Below are positions 21,437 to 31,958 of a DNA stretch of 64,000 nucleotides, piece by piece (the first letter of the stretch is position 1; each line of letters opens with the position of its first letter). The stretch covers positions 62,001-126,000 of the forward strand of contig MCFH01000013.1 in assembly GCA_002104945.1 (NCBI GenBank), given 5' to 3'. Source of the stretch: Piromyces finnis finn (Eukaryota > Fungi > Neocallimastigomycota). Made by a program: the position numbers and the translations under genes. The notes under the pieces are model-generated. The model saw nothing but the letters and a program-made list of their open reading frames with translations. It was not told the DNA's origin and did no database searches.

Positions 21437-22624
21437 ATGGAAGAGAACGAAAACAACCACATGGATAATAATAATATTTTCGAAAACGCAACTCTTAAGG
21501 ATGGTTTTGCAGGGGATCGCAGGTATCTGAAGGGTTTCTTAGCTAAGGTGGAGCTAGTGTTTATGCTATATCCTGAACGGTATCAAGACGACGCAACCAA
21601 AATTCTCTATATAATATCAAGACTTTATGGGGACGCTATGAATTGGGCTGCTACTCTTATAAACAACCATGATCCGTGTCTTAATAACTACCAAGCTTTT
21701 GTTGACAGATTTAAGGCTTTTTATGGTTATAACGATGCTACCTATGTTGCAAATCAAATGCTTAGAACCTTAAAACAACGCCGATTAGGAGGAATTAGAG
21801 GCTATATCTTGGAATTTAACCGCTATGCTGATGAATCAAACTGGAATGAACAAGCCAAAATGGATGCATTTATAGCTGGCCTTAATCAACAAGTTGCAGT
21901 TCGTATTTTGGAAATGTTTCCGGGTCCTAGGGATCTTCTTTCATTACAGACTATTGCTTCAAGAATCGATTCAAGATTATCTACACACCATACCTTTTTC
22001 CCTTCTGGTTCAAACAATGACCAAAACCGAAAGAAAATATCTTTTCATCACTCTTCAAAAATAACAAAGTCCATTACAAACAGGAATAACCATGGCCCTA
22101 TCTCAAACGAAGAAAAGGAAAGAAGAAAGAAAGAAAATCTTTGTGTGTATTGTGGTGCTTCAAGTCATAAGCTTAATAATTGTCCAAAAAGAAAGAATAA
22201 AGATCGTGAAAATCCTTCACTAATATCTATTCCCACACTTATATCCGCTCCTAAAGAAGAAAACAAAACTCATAATAAAATGACAACTAAATTTAAACTT
22301 TCTTATGAACTAAATACGGATATTCTTATTGACTCAGGATCCAAACTTAATTTAATTGATGTAGATTACTGTAACGATAATAACATTCCTTATCATGATG
22401 ATGGTAACCTCCCAAATATCGTTGGTATCGGTGGTCGACAATCTCTTTTTGGAATTACATCTCCTTTGAATCTTCGCTACAAAGATCATCTCTGTCGAAC
22501 ACAATTCTATGTAACTGATCTACCTTATTATCCTTGTATTCTTGGAATAGACTGGCTTAAAGAACACAATCCTTCTATCGATTTCACAAAGAACAAAATT
22601 TCATTTGTATCCGATTACTGTTAT
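21437..22624 (+). CDS. gag: Family C Gag-protease part of a single gag-pol ORF, interrupted
   Basis: Retrotransposon gag motifs, CCHC knuckle CVYCGASSHKLNNC and protease LIDSGS. The track's last residues (CKDIIYIFKLFNN) come from the inserted solo LTR. Confidence 0.9.
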
Positions 22625-23348
22625 TGTAAAGATATAATATATATCTTTAAATTATTTAATAATTAATTAATAATTATTAAATAATAATTTTGATATTTTT
22701 AATGAAAAATTATTTATAAAATTTATTATATAAATTTTAAGGAATAATTAAATAAATATTAATTTTAAAATATCAAAATTGGAAATGAAATTTGGATAAA
22801 TATTTAAATTAATGGATAATTAAATTTAAATATTTTAAATATTCAAATTAAATCTTAAAAAGTTCTTATTTAATTAAAAATAGTTTAATAACTTTAGCGT
22901 AGTTTTAAATTAGTATTTTTTAATAGTAAATATATAATAAATAGTATTATTAATATTTAATTAATATATAGGTAATACATGGACTGTATTCAATTTGTAG
23001 TTTACTCAAATTGAATCAAAAGTGTATTTAATTAGTTTTAGTTTAGTTTTATTATTTTATTATTTAATTAAATTAGTATTAAATTAGTTTTGTTTATTTT
23101 ATATTGAATATATGTATAATTAAATAGAATAGTATATTAAAATATAATTTGTAAAAAATATAAATACATGTAAAATTTCATAGTTAAACGATGTAATTGT
23201 TATTGACTATAGTTTAGTTAATAACTAAATAAGAATAAATAAAAGAGGATATAAATAAATTTTGTTTTGTTTTTAATTTTTTATTTTTAGTGTTTTTGTT
23301 TTATTGTAAAAAATTTTATAATCTGTTTTAAATTTTAAAATTTTTACA
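22625..23348. mobile_element. Solo LTR (724 bp) of another family, inserted in the C polyprotein gene
   Basis: TGTAAA...TTTACA inverted termini; 5-bp TSD GTTAT at 22620-22624 and 23349-23353; removing it restores the frame (SDYCY|NRCITLS). Confidence 0.9.
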
Positions 23349-26300
23349 GTTATAATCGTTGTATAACACTCTCCAATAATGTCCCTGAATTTCCTGAAGA
23401 AAGATCTGCTTTTCCTGCAATGGAAGATCCTTCCTACGAACCTCCGCATGATTCATTCGCTTACCCTATATTTGTCGATAAACAAAACATCCAATCTCAA
23501 AACGAAACTAATCGTACTTGTACTATTCTCTGTTCGGGTTCTTCAAAAAATATTAACAATTCTGTTTCTAAGAAGTCTTCTGTTAACTTTTCTACTTCGT
23601 CTCTCTCAAATCAAGAACCAACTTCTGTTTTGACTTCTTTTTCTGATTCTAATATTCAATCCAATTCTATTCTCAAATCCGATTCAAACTCTAAATCAGA
23701 ACCCAATTCTTCTATTATACTTCCGGATGTTCTCTCTGACTTTGCTGATGTCTTCAATGAATCTAATGCTGAAAAACTTCCTCCACACCGTCCATACGAT
23801 TGTGAAATAAAACTCAAAGAAAATTCAAAACTGTTTTATGGACCGATTTATCCTCTAACAGAAACCGAATCAATTGCTTTAGAAGAATATATAAAAGAAA
23901 ATTTCAAGAAAGGATTTATTAGAAAATCAAAATCGCCTGCGGGAGCTCCTATTCTGTTTGTACCTAAGAAAAACGGTCAACTTCGTATGTGTGTTGACTA
24001 TCGCCAATTAAACTCCATAACTATTCGTGATTCTTATCCCCTTCCTCTTATACAAGATATGCTTGAACATCTTGGAAAAGGGAAGATTTTCTCAAAATTG
24101 GATCTTCGTTCTGCCTATAACTTGGTCAGGATTAAAAGTGGTGATGAATATAAAACCGCTTTTACTTGCAAGTTAGGTCATTTTGAATACTGTGTGATGC
24201 CTTTTGGGTTGAAAAATGCACCTGCTGTTTTTCAACATTTCATTAATGATGTTCTTGAAGACGTTCTTGGTAAATTCGCTTTCTCTTACATAGATGATAT
24301 TATTATTTTTTCCTCGGATTATAAATCTCATATTTCTCATGTCAAAACTGTTTTGAAACTCCTGAGGGATGCTGGGCTCTATGCTAAATTGGAAAAATGC
24401 GAGTTCTTTGTTTCTTTTATTGATTTCCTTGGTCACAGGATTTCTACTGATGGTATTCACATGGACCCAAATAAAGTTTCTTCTATTTTAAACTGGCCTA
24501 CTCCATCTAATGTTAAAGAGGTTCAATCTTTTCTTGGTCTTGCGAACTACTACCGTCGATTTATTCCAAATTTTGCAAAGATCGCTCATCCTTTGCATAA
24601 ACTTTTGAAGAAAAATGTTAAATTTGTATGGTCTAAAGAAGCTCAAGATGCTTTCGATTCACTCAAGTCCTTATTTGTTTCTGCTCCTGTTCTTATATTT
24701 CCTAATCGTGAACTTCCATTCATAGTCGAAACTGATTCAAGTAACTTTGCCATTGGTGCTATTCTCTCGCAAGTCTCTCCAATTGATAATATGACCCATC
24801 CAGTTGCTTTCTTTTCTCGCTCTCTTACTGGTCCTGAACGTAATTATCCAATATATGATAAAGAGCTCTTAGCTATCGTTGCTGCTCTTGAAACATGGCG
24901 TCATCTACTTAAAGGCTCTTCTTCTACTTTTAAGATTTACTCGGATCATCGAAATTTACTCTATCAAAAGAAACCTGAAAAAATGTCTCAACGTCTTGTT
25001 CGCTGGGCTTTGTTTCTCTCTGAATTTAACTTTGTTATTATTTATCGTTCTGGTTCTTCTAACGGTAAGCCTGATGCTCTATCTCGTCGTCCTGATTATG
25101 CTATCAATTCGAATTCCTCTTCTGATGTTCCTTTTAATGTTCTTCGCCCTGAAAACTTTTGTGCCATTGTGACTTCTGTTTCGTCCATTAGTGATTCTTT
25201 TCTTTCCGAATATATAAATGATGACTTTTACAATAAAATCTGTGAATATCTTGATTGTAGGAAACCTCCAATACCTCACCCTCAAATTGACAAATTTTCC
25301 TTAAGCAATAGTTTTCTCCTTTTTACTGACAGAATCTATGTTCCTCCAAATTGTCGTCTTTCAATTCTTAAACTCTGTCACGACTCTCCTTCAGCTGGTC
25401 ATTTCGGAATAAAGAAAACATCTTCTCTTATTGCTAGAGACTTCTGGTGGCCTTCTATTTCTTCTGATGTTAAAGACTACGTTCGTTCTTGTGAAGTTTG
25501 TTGTCGTTCAAAAACCTTTCGTCATAAACCTTATGGTCTTCTGAATCCTCTTGATATTGCTGAGCGTCCTTGGTCATCCATTTCAATGGATTTCATTACA
25601 GATTTGCCTTCATCTTCTGGTTTCACTTGCATTCTTGTTGTTGTTGATCGTCTTACAAAAATGGTTCATCTCATTCCGTTCAAAAGTATTCCTTCCGCCG
25701 CCGAAACAGCCACAGCCTTTATTGATAATATTTTCCGTTTTCATGGCCTACCTGAATCTATTGTCTCGGATAGAGGTTCTCAATTTACCTCTAAATTCTT
25801 CCAATCCATCTGTTCCTCCCTTGGCATTGAACTTAAGTTGTCTACTCCATTTCATCATCAATCAAACGGTCAGACGGAGAGGGTGAACTCCGTTATAGAA
25901 CAATATTTAAGATGTTTCTCAAATTATAAAGGTTCAAATTGGAAAAGTTTTCTTAGTCTTGCAGAATTTAGTTATAACAATGTGGTTCAAGAATCATCCA
26001 AATTTTCTCCATTCTTTTTGAATTACGGCTTTCATCCAAAATATTCACCAGTTATTCCAGACTTATCTAAAGTCCCAAGAGCAGAAGAGTTTACAAGAGA
26101 TTTTAAAACTTTAATTAATACCTTAAAAGAAAATTTAAAATCTGCCATGGAAACCCAGAAGAAGCATGCTGACAAACGTAGAAAAGAAGCTCCGAATTTT
26201 AAAGTTGGTGACAAAGTTTGGCTGGATAGTTCTTTAATTATCCACAAAGGAAATAAAAAATTTAAGCCAAGAAAACTCGGCCCATACAAAATCTTGGAAA

Positions 26301-26608
26301 AAATATCAAATGTTACATTTAAATTAAGTCTCCCAAAATCTATTAAGATTCATCCAGTTATTCATGTATCCAATCTCGAGAAATATGTCGAAGATAAATT
26401 TGGAAGATCTCAACCACCACCGCCACCTATTACCGTTGACAATGAAGAAGAATACGAAGTTGAAGAAATTCTGGATAAAAGAAGACATTACGGAAAAATA
26501 CAATACCTGATTAAATGGAAAGGGTATTCAATTAATGAAGCTTCGTGGGAGCCTGAAGAAAATCTAAATTGCAAGGGGCTACTTAAAAAATTTAATAGAA
26601 AGAAATAA
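23349..26608 (+). CDS. pol: Family C Pol part (RT-RH-IN-chromodomain), continuation of the interrupted ORF
   Basis: YIDD, ETDSS, GHFG..CEVC, MDF/SDRG/QTER, GPY and a canonical chromodomain [12 protein letters not shown]...YLIKWKGY...SWEP. The frame is open from 23351, upstream of the Met at 23420. Confidence 0.95.
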
Positions 26609-26904
26609 AAAATAGTTAAAAAATTCAAATTATATTTATTATTAATATTAAAATCACAATTATTATTATTATCAAAACTTATTAATATCATTATCAATAT
26701 CAATTTTATTATTAAACAATTTATTAATATCAAATTTATCAATATTTTATTTTTAACTTTAGTAATATTAAAAAAAAAAATGTATTTTATTATATTATAA
26801 TTAAGAAAATTCACTCCTTAGTTTAGTTTATTAAAAAAGAAAAACATATATTTAAATATTAAAATTCTAGATTCGTCTGGTATCCGAATCCTGGAGGAGG
26901 ACCA

Positions 26905-27343
26905 TGTAACGAATACTAGAAATAACTAAATTGTCTTAGTGGTTAGTAGCTAAGACTTTGAGTCTGAATGACACTAGTTCGAGACCTCATAGATACTATT
27001 TTAAAAAAATTATAATTTTATTTTATTTTATTTTATTTTTAAATTTTATTTTATATGAAGATTATTGATTGGTTAAGAATTTTAAGTTGAAAAAATTTTA
27101 TAAATTAATTTAAAAAATTTTTAGTATAAATACGAGTGAATTTTCCCAAATATTTTAAAGAATCGAGATTTTATTAATAAATAATTATATTATTAAACAC
27201 TAACTTATTAAGTTAAATTCTATGTGTTTTTAATGATATTTTTATAAATTAATAATTTACAGATTATTTTAAAGTGTTAATATTACTAAGTTATTTAGTA
27301 AATATTATAATTTGTTTTATTGTTAAAGACACATTTCTTTACA
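26905..27343 (+). repeat. Family C 3' LTR (439 bp)
   Basis: Direct repeat of 20107-20545. Confidence 0.97.
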
Positions 27344-29292
27344 CTTTTTCATTTTCATAAATATATAATGTATTTATTTTCATTTTATTATCAATGATAT
27401 TAATATTTTCTAACGGTTTAAATAAATCAGAATTAGTGCTTTTAAAGCAAAATATATAACTAAAAATATATTTAATAAAAACATTATTAAACCTTTCCAT
27501 TTCATTTGAATTCAAATTTTCGCAATTACTTCCCAAATCCAGGTAATAATTTTTAATATCATAAAAAATTTTTGAAAACAATGGATACTTAACAAAAATA
27601 TAATTCTTAAATGTGTTTTTAATTTTTGGTAAATCTGTAGATTCATTTAATGTTGTCATACAACGATAATTATAATAATCTTCATCATAAATAATTTTTA
27701 CAGTTTCATCCAAAAGTATAATAAAATTTTCGAATAAAGAATCATTTTCTTCTCCACCTATAGATTCATTATCTATAGTGTAAGTAGAAATATCCTTATA
27801 ATAAAGTTCTTCGCTTAAATTATTATAATAATTTTTACTTTTCATTTTATATAAATTTTTTAAATTTTGAATATTTTCAATTAAATTATTGACATTCTCA
27901 ACATCCTTATCTTGCTTAATAATCAAATAAGGTCTCAAGTAAATGGTGCTATTGACGTTTTTTGGATTTACGATTTTTATTGATTTAGAAATAGTATAAT
28001 GATACTGTAAAATAATATCATTAACTGTTTCTACCAAAATTTTAAGTTTTCTTAAGTCGTTTATTTCCGAAGTAAAAGAATCTATATCATTTTTATATTC
28101 ACCCATACCTTCTGATTTTCTATAATTGATATTATTTTTAACGGAAAAATATTCCATAATTTGAAATAATCCACCAAAAAAAACTTTTAATTTATCATTA
28201 TCATTTGTAATGTCATCATAAATTTTAATAATATTTTTTTTTGATATAATCCAATCTACTTAAATTAATACTATTCAAACCATGGTATTTTGAATCATCG
28301 TTTTCCATTTTTATCAAATATTCATATACCTTTATTGCGTAGTCTTCATTCATTTTGTATTTTTTTGATTGTTCAATATAATTATAATTATAATAAATAT
28401 AGCTATTAATGGCGTTGAAAACACCATATAAATTCACATATTTAGCATCATTATTATTATTTGTGTAATATTTTATACTTGATTGCAATAAAGCAATAAC
28501 TTGGTTACTATCAGGAATTTGATTTTTATTAAATAGATCCATTACATAGTCCGGTTCCAAATCAATTCCCATGCTTTCTAGAATAGTACTTAAAGATTTA
28601 GTAAATAAATTCATATTATATAAAATGGTTATACCACTTTCACAAAAAATATCTGTAAAAAATATATCAAATTTTGATAATTTTCCACCAGTCAATAATT
28701 TATTAACAGTTTTAATTTGTCTGTATAAAAGAGCAATACTAAAATATGAATTTTTAATTATATCTTCATTCAAATATTCTTTATTTTTTTCATACAATGA
28801 CCAAAGATTTTCTTCATTAAGTTCAAGATTATTATTAAGATTCATTAATTTGAAGTATTTATCTTTATATTTGTCAATACTATATATGTCAATTTTATTA
28901 TCATTGACATATATATCACCAATTAACTTTACACCAACATTATTTACAAATTTATTGTAATATTGTGTAAATAATGAGTTTTTTGTTTTTATTCCATCCT
29001 TTTTACATTTAGCTATACTTTCATAAATATTATATTTATTTTTTTCGAAATTTGAAATATCAATATCGAAGTTAATATAAGAATTAAAAGAGTCAATTAT
29101 CGTATCCGAGTTAGTAAAGTCAATGCTTCTAATAATTTTTACTTTATCTGTACTGCTAAAAGTTAAATCTTTATTCTGAAACTTAATAATACTTATTAAA
29201 AAAACATCTTCAAAAAATAATTCACTATTATAGAAAGCTTGAACTAAAGCAAACGATAACCCTAGTACTATAATATAACTTAACAAATTCAT
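27344..29292 (-). pseudogene. Orphan putative secreted protein (~650+ aa): ORFs 28225..29292 and 27339..28157 are probably one gene, 3'-disrupted by retrotransposons C and B
   Basis: Signal-peptide-like N-terminus (MNLLSYIIVLGLSFALVQA). Removing one A from the A9 run at 28234-28242 fuses the two ORFs. The stop of the 272-aa ORF lies inside the C LTR, and the frame continues through 20106-20062. Confidence 0.65.
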
Positions 29293-29808
29293 TTTTTTCT
29301 TTTTATTTTTTTTTTTAATTTTTAAATTTTAATAGATTTATTATATTTATATATATAATACTTAAGAATCCACATCTTACGAATATTCTAAATTTTCAAC
29401 CATAATATTAATTAAAAATAATATAAGTAAATATATATTAATAATATAATGTTTTATTTAATTGAATATATTATAAATCAAAGGTTTTATATAAAGTTTA
29501 TTTTAACTTAAACATATAAATATACATATAAAATGATCAATAATATATATTAATATACTTTATATACATATTTATTTATTTATTTATATATATATTTATC
29601 TTAAATTAATATTTTTTATTATAATGTAGAATACATTAAATAAAATTCTTTATACATTATATTTAATAAAACATTTTAATAAAATTTAATATTTATAATA
29701 TATTAAAATTTTATTAGGTATAACAAATAAATTTACATCTACATCTATTAACATTTAAATAATTTTTTACAATGCATTCAAGAAATATAACCATTTTAAA
29801 TATTCAAA

Positions 29809-30597
29809 ATGACAAAAGATGAAATTGACAAGTTTAAAAATGCACACTTTATAAAACTTTTAAATTGGACTTCCAATTCAAAGATAATTGATATAAATAA
29901 ATTTTTAGGGTTGGTTTATGCATATAATAAAACAGTTGTTAATGATAATGAAAAATTTTTGTCTTATGAATATAAAGATTACTATAAAGTTACAATCAAA
30001 GTAATGATACTTGAACCTCAAGAAATTAATAAAAGAAGAGAAATTTATATTAATGATATGATAGCTTTGTATAAAAACAATTATGGTAATGAAGAAAATG
30101 AAAATGACTTTATTAAATTTAAAAAAATAATAGAATGTTTAAGTCTTTCACCATTATTAGTATCTAGAAATTATGGAAAAATTGAAGATTTAATAAAAGT
30201 AAATTACGATATATTAGAAGATAAAGAAAAATTGTTATTATCTGATAACGCAGCAATTGGGTATGCAAGCTTTAATAGATTTTTAATGAATAAATATTAT
30301 GAAGAAGGAAGTGATAAAAAATTTTATGCAAAATATGCTAGACTCACAATAAAAGAATTGGTTAAAATAAAAATAAAGTTTTTAAAAGATTATAATAAAG
30401 AAGGTGTTTTTTCAAGTTATAAAAATATATATAAATCTACTTATCTTATTTATAATGTTAATAATGTTAATAGGAATTATTTGTTTACAAAAGATTTACT
30501 AGGTATAAAAAAACATTTAAGTACACAAGAATATAAAGATTACGAAAAAGATATTGAATTTTTATTAAACCTTCATAATTCCAATGAAATTCCTTAA
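29809..30597 (+). CDS. Hypothetical protein, 262 aa, intronless
   Basis: Long ORF in very AT-rich context, AAAATG start context, no recognisable domain. Confidence 0.65.
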   Translation: MTKDEIDKFKNAHFIKLLNWTSNSKIIDINKFLGLVYAYNKTVVNDNEKFLSYEYKDYYKVTIKVMILEPQEINKRREIYINDMIALYKNNYGNEENENDFIKFKKIIECLSLSPLLVSRNYGKIEDLIKVNYDILEDKEKLLLSDNAAIGYASFNRFLMNKYYEEGSDKKFYAKYARLTIKELVKIKIKFLKDYNKEGVFSSYKNIYKSTYLIYNVNNVNRNYLFTKDLLGIKKHLSTQEYKDYEKDIEFLLNLHNSNEIP

Positions 30598-31033
30598 TAA
30601 ATAAAATAAAATAAAATAAAATAAATTTTTTTTTGTATACTTTTAGTGTTTTTCCTTTTTTCTTCAATAATTTTTATTTTTACTTTATTTTTAGAAAAAC
30701 ATATTTATACAATAAAAAAAAAAAAAAAAAAGAAAATAATAAAAATAATTTCTTAACCTTTTATTAGAAAAGAACAAAATTTCTTCTTATTGTATCTAAA
30801 CTTTTATGAAGTTTTCCTTTTTCAGAAAACGACATTTTATAATTTTTATCTACTAAATTGAAATATTTTTCAATAAAGGATTCATCTTCATTTAATAAAG
30901 TTTCCATTTTTTTTGCATCAACATTATAACATCCACTGTCAATATAACAATAAGTAATTTCAATTAAAGAAATATTATTAATACAATTATATAATATATA
31001 TGAAATTATACTTTTTTTATCTTTTGATATATT

Positions 31034-31540
31034 TTATTTTTTTAAATAATCTTCAATATGTTTTAAAAAATAAACATAACCTTCAATTGGTCGTGGTTGA
31101 CCAAATATAATGCTATTTTTGTCAAACGGATCTGGTTTTAATTTAAATTCTTCCTCATAATCTTTAAAAAATACTAAATAATTTTCCATATTATTATAAA
31201 CAAACTTAAAGAAAGGTTTTTGTAGTTCCTTGTAAGCACTTTCATTATATTTTTCTTTTGGATAATGAATATTAAATAATGTTAACATATCAGAGCAAAA
31301 TTCATCCCTTCTATCAAATAATTCAGATCTATCTATTATTTTAACGATTACATCCTTTCCTTTTATAATAGAATTAAATTCTTTAAATCTTTCATTTTTG
31401 TCTACTAAATTATTAAATTCATAAATGCTATCTAAAAAACCCTTTTCATACTTTTCAAATGGAAATTTATTATTACATTCTATAAATTTTAACTGTTCTT
31501 TGAATACATTTTCATCTTTTATTTTATTTTTATCTTCCAT
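31034..31540 (-). CDS. Hypothetical protein, 168 aa, intronless
   Basis: ORF with normal amino-acid complexity, flanked by poly-A/T intergenic DNA; no recognisable domain. Confidence 0.6.
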   Translation of the reverse strand: MEDKNKIKDENVFKEQLKFIECNNKFPFEKYEKGFLDSIYEFNNLVDKNERFKEFNSIIKGKDVIVKIIDRSELFDRRDEFCSDMLTLFNIHYPKEKYNESAYKELQKPFFKFVYNNMENYLVFFKDYEEEFKLKPDPFDKNSIIFGQPRPIEGYVYFLKHIEDYLKK

Positions 31541-31616
31541 GTTATTAATATATTATATATGATGATCATGATAATTTCATTTTGATTTTGATTTTTTTTT
31601 AAAAAAAAAAAAAATA

Positions 31617-31685
31617 ATAATATAATATAATATAATATAATATAATATAATATAATATAATATAATATAATATAATATAATATAA
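31617..31685. repeat. (TAATA)n microsatellite
   Basis: Pentanucleotide run seen directly, between the divergent starts at 31540 and 31959. Confidence 0.9.
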
Positions 31686-31958
31686 TGTTTTTGGATCGGA
31701 AATCTTATTTTATATACAATCCATTTCTAAAATCCACAATTAATAAATTAATTTATAAAATTAAATGTATAAATGTATATTACATAATTACATTTTAGAA
31801 ATGAAAAAATATATAAATAAAAAAAAAAGTATTTATCTTATTAAAAACCAAAATAAAATAAATAAATAAAAATATTATTTATATTTAAATTATTAAATAT
31901 AATATAAAAAAATATATTATTTTTATAAATATAAATAATAATTTTTTAATTATAGTTT

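Larger units (their letters stand above)
20107..27343 (+). mobile_element. Full-length Ty3/Gypsy chromovirus family C with 5-bp TSD CTTTT
   Basis: 439-bp LTRs at 20107-20545 and 26905-27343 (TGTAAC...TTTACA); CTTTT at 20102-20106 and 27344-27348; PPT GGAGGAGGACCA before the 3' LTR. Confidence 0.97.

Noticed and set aside
22620-23349. The 724-bp insert in C as a spliceable intron (GTAAAG...TTTTTACAG)
   Set aside because: Splicing from GT at 22626 or 22620 to AG at 23349 removes 724 or 730 nt, neither of which restores the frame (729 needed). TG...CA termini plus a 5-bp TSD explain it as a solo LTR.
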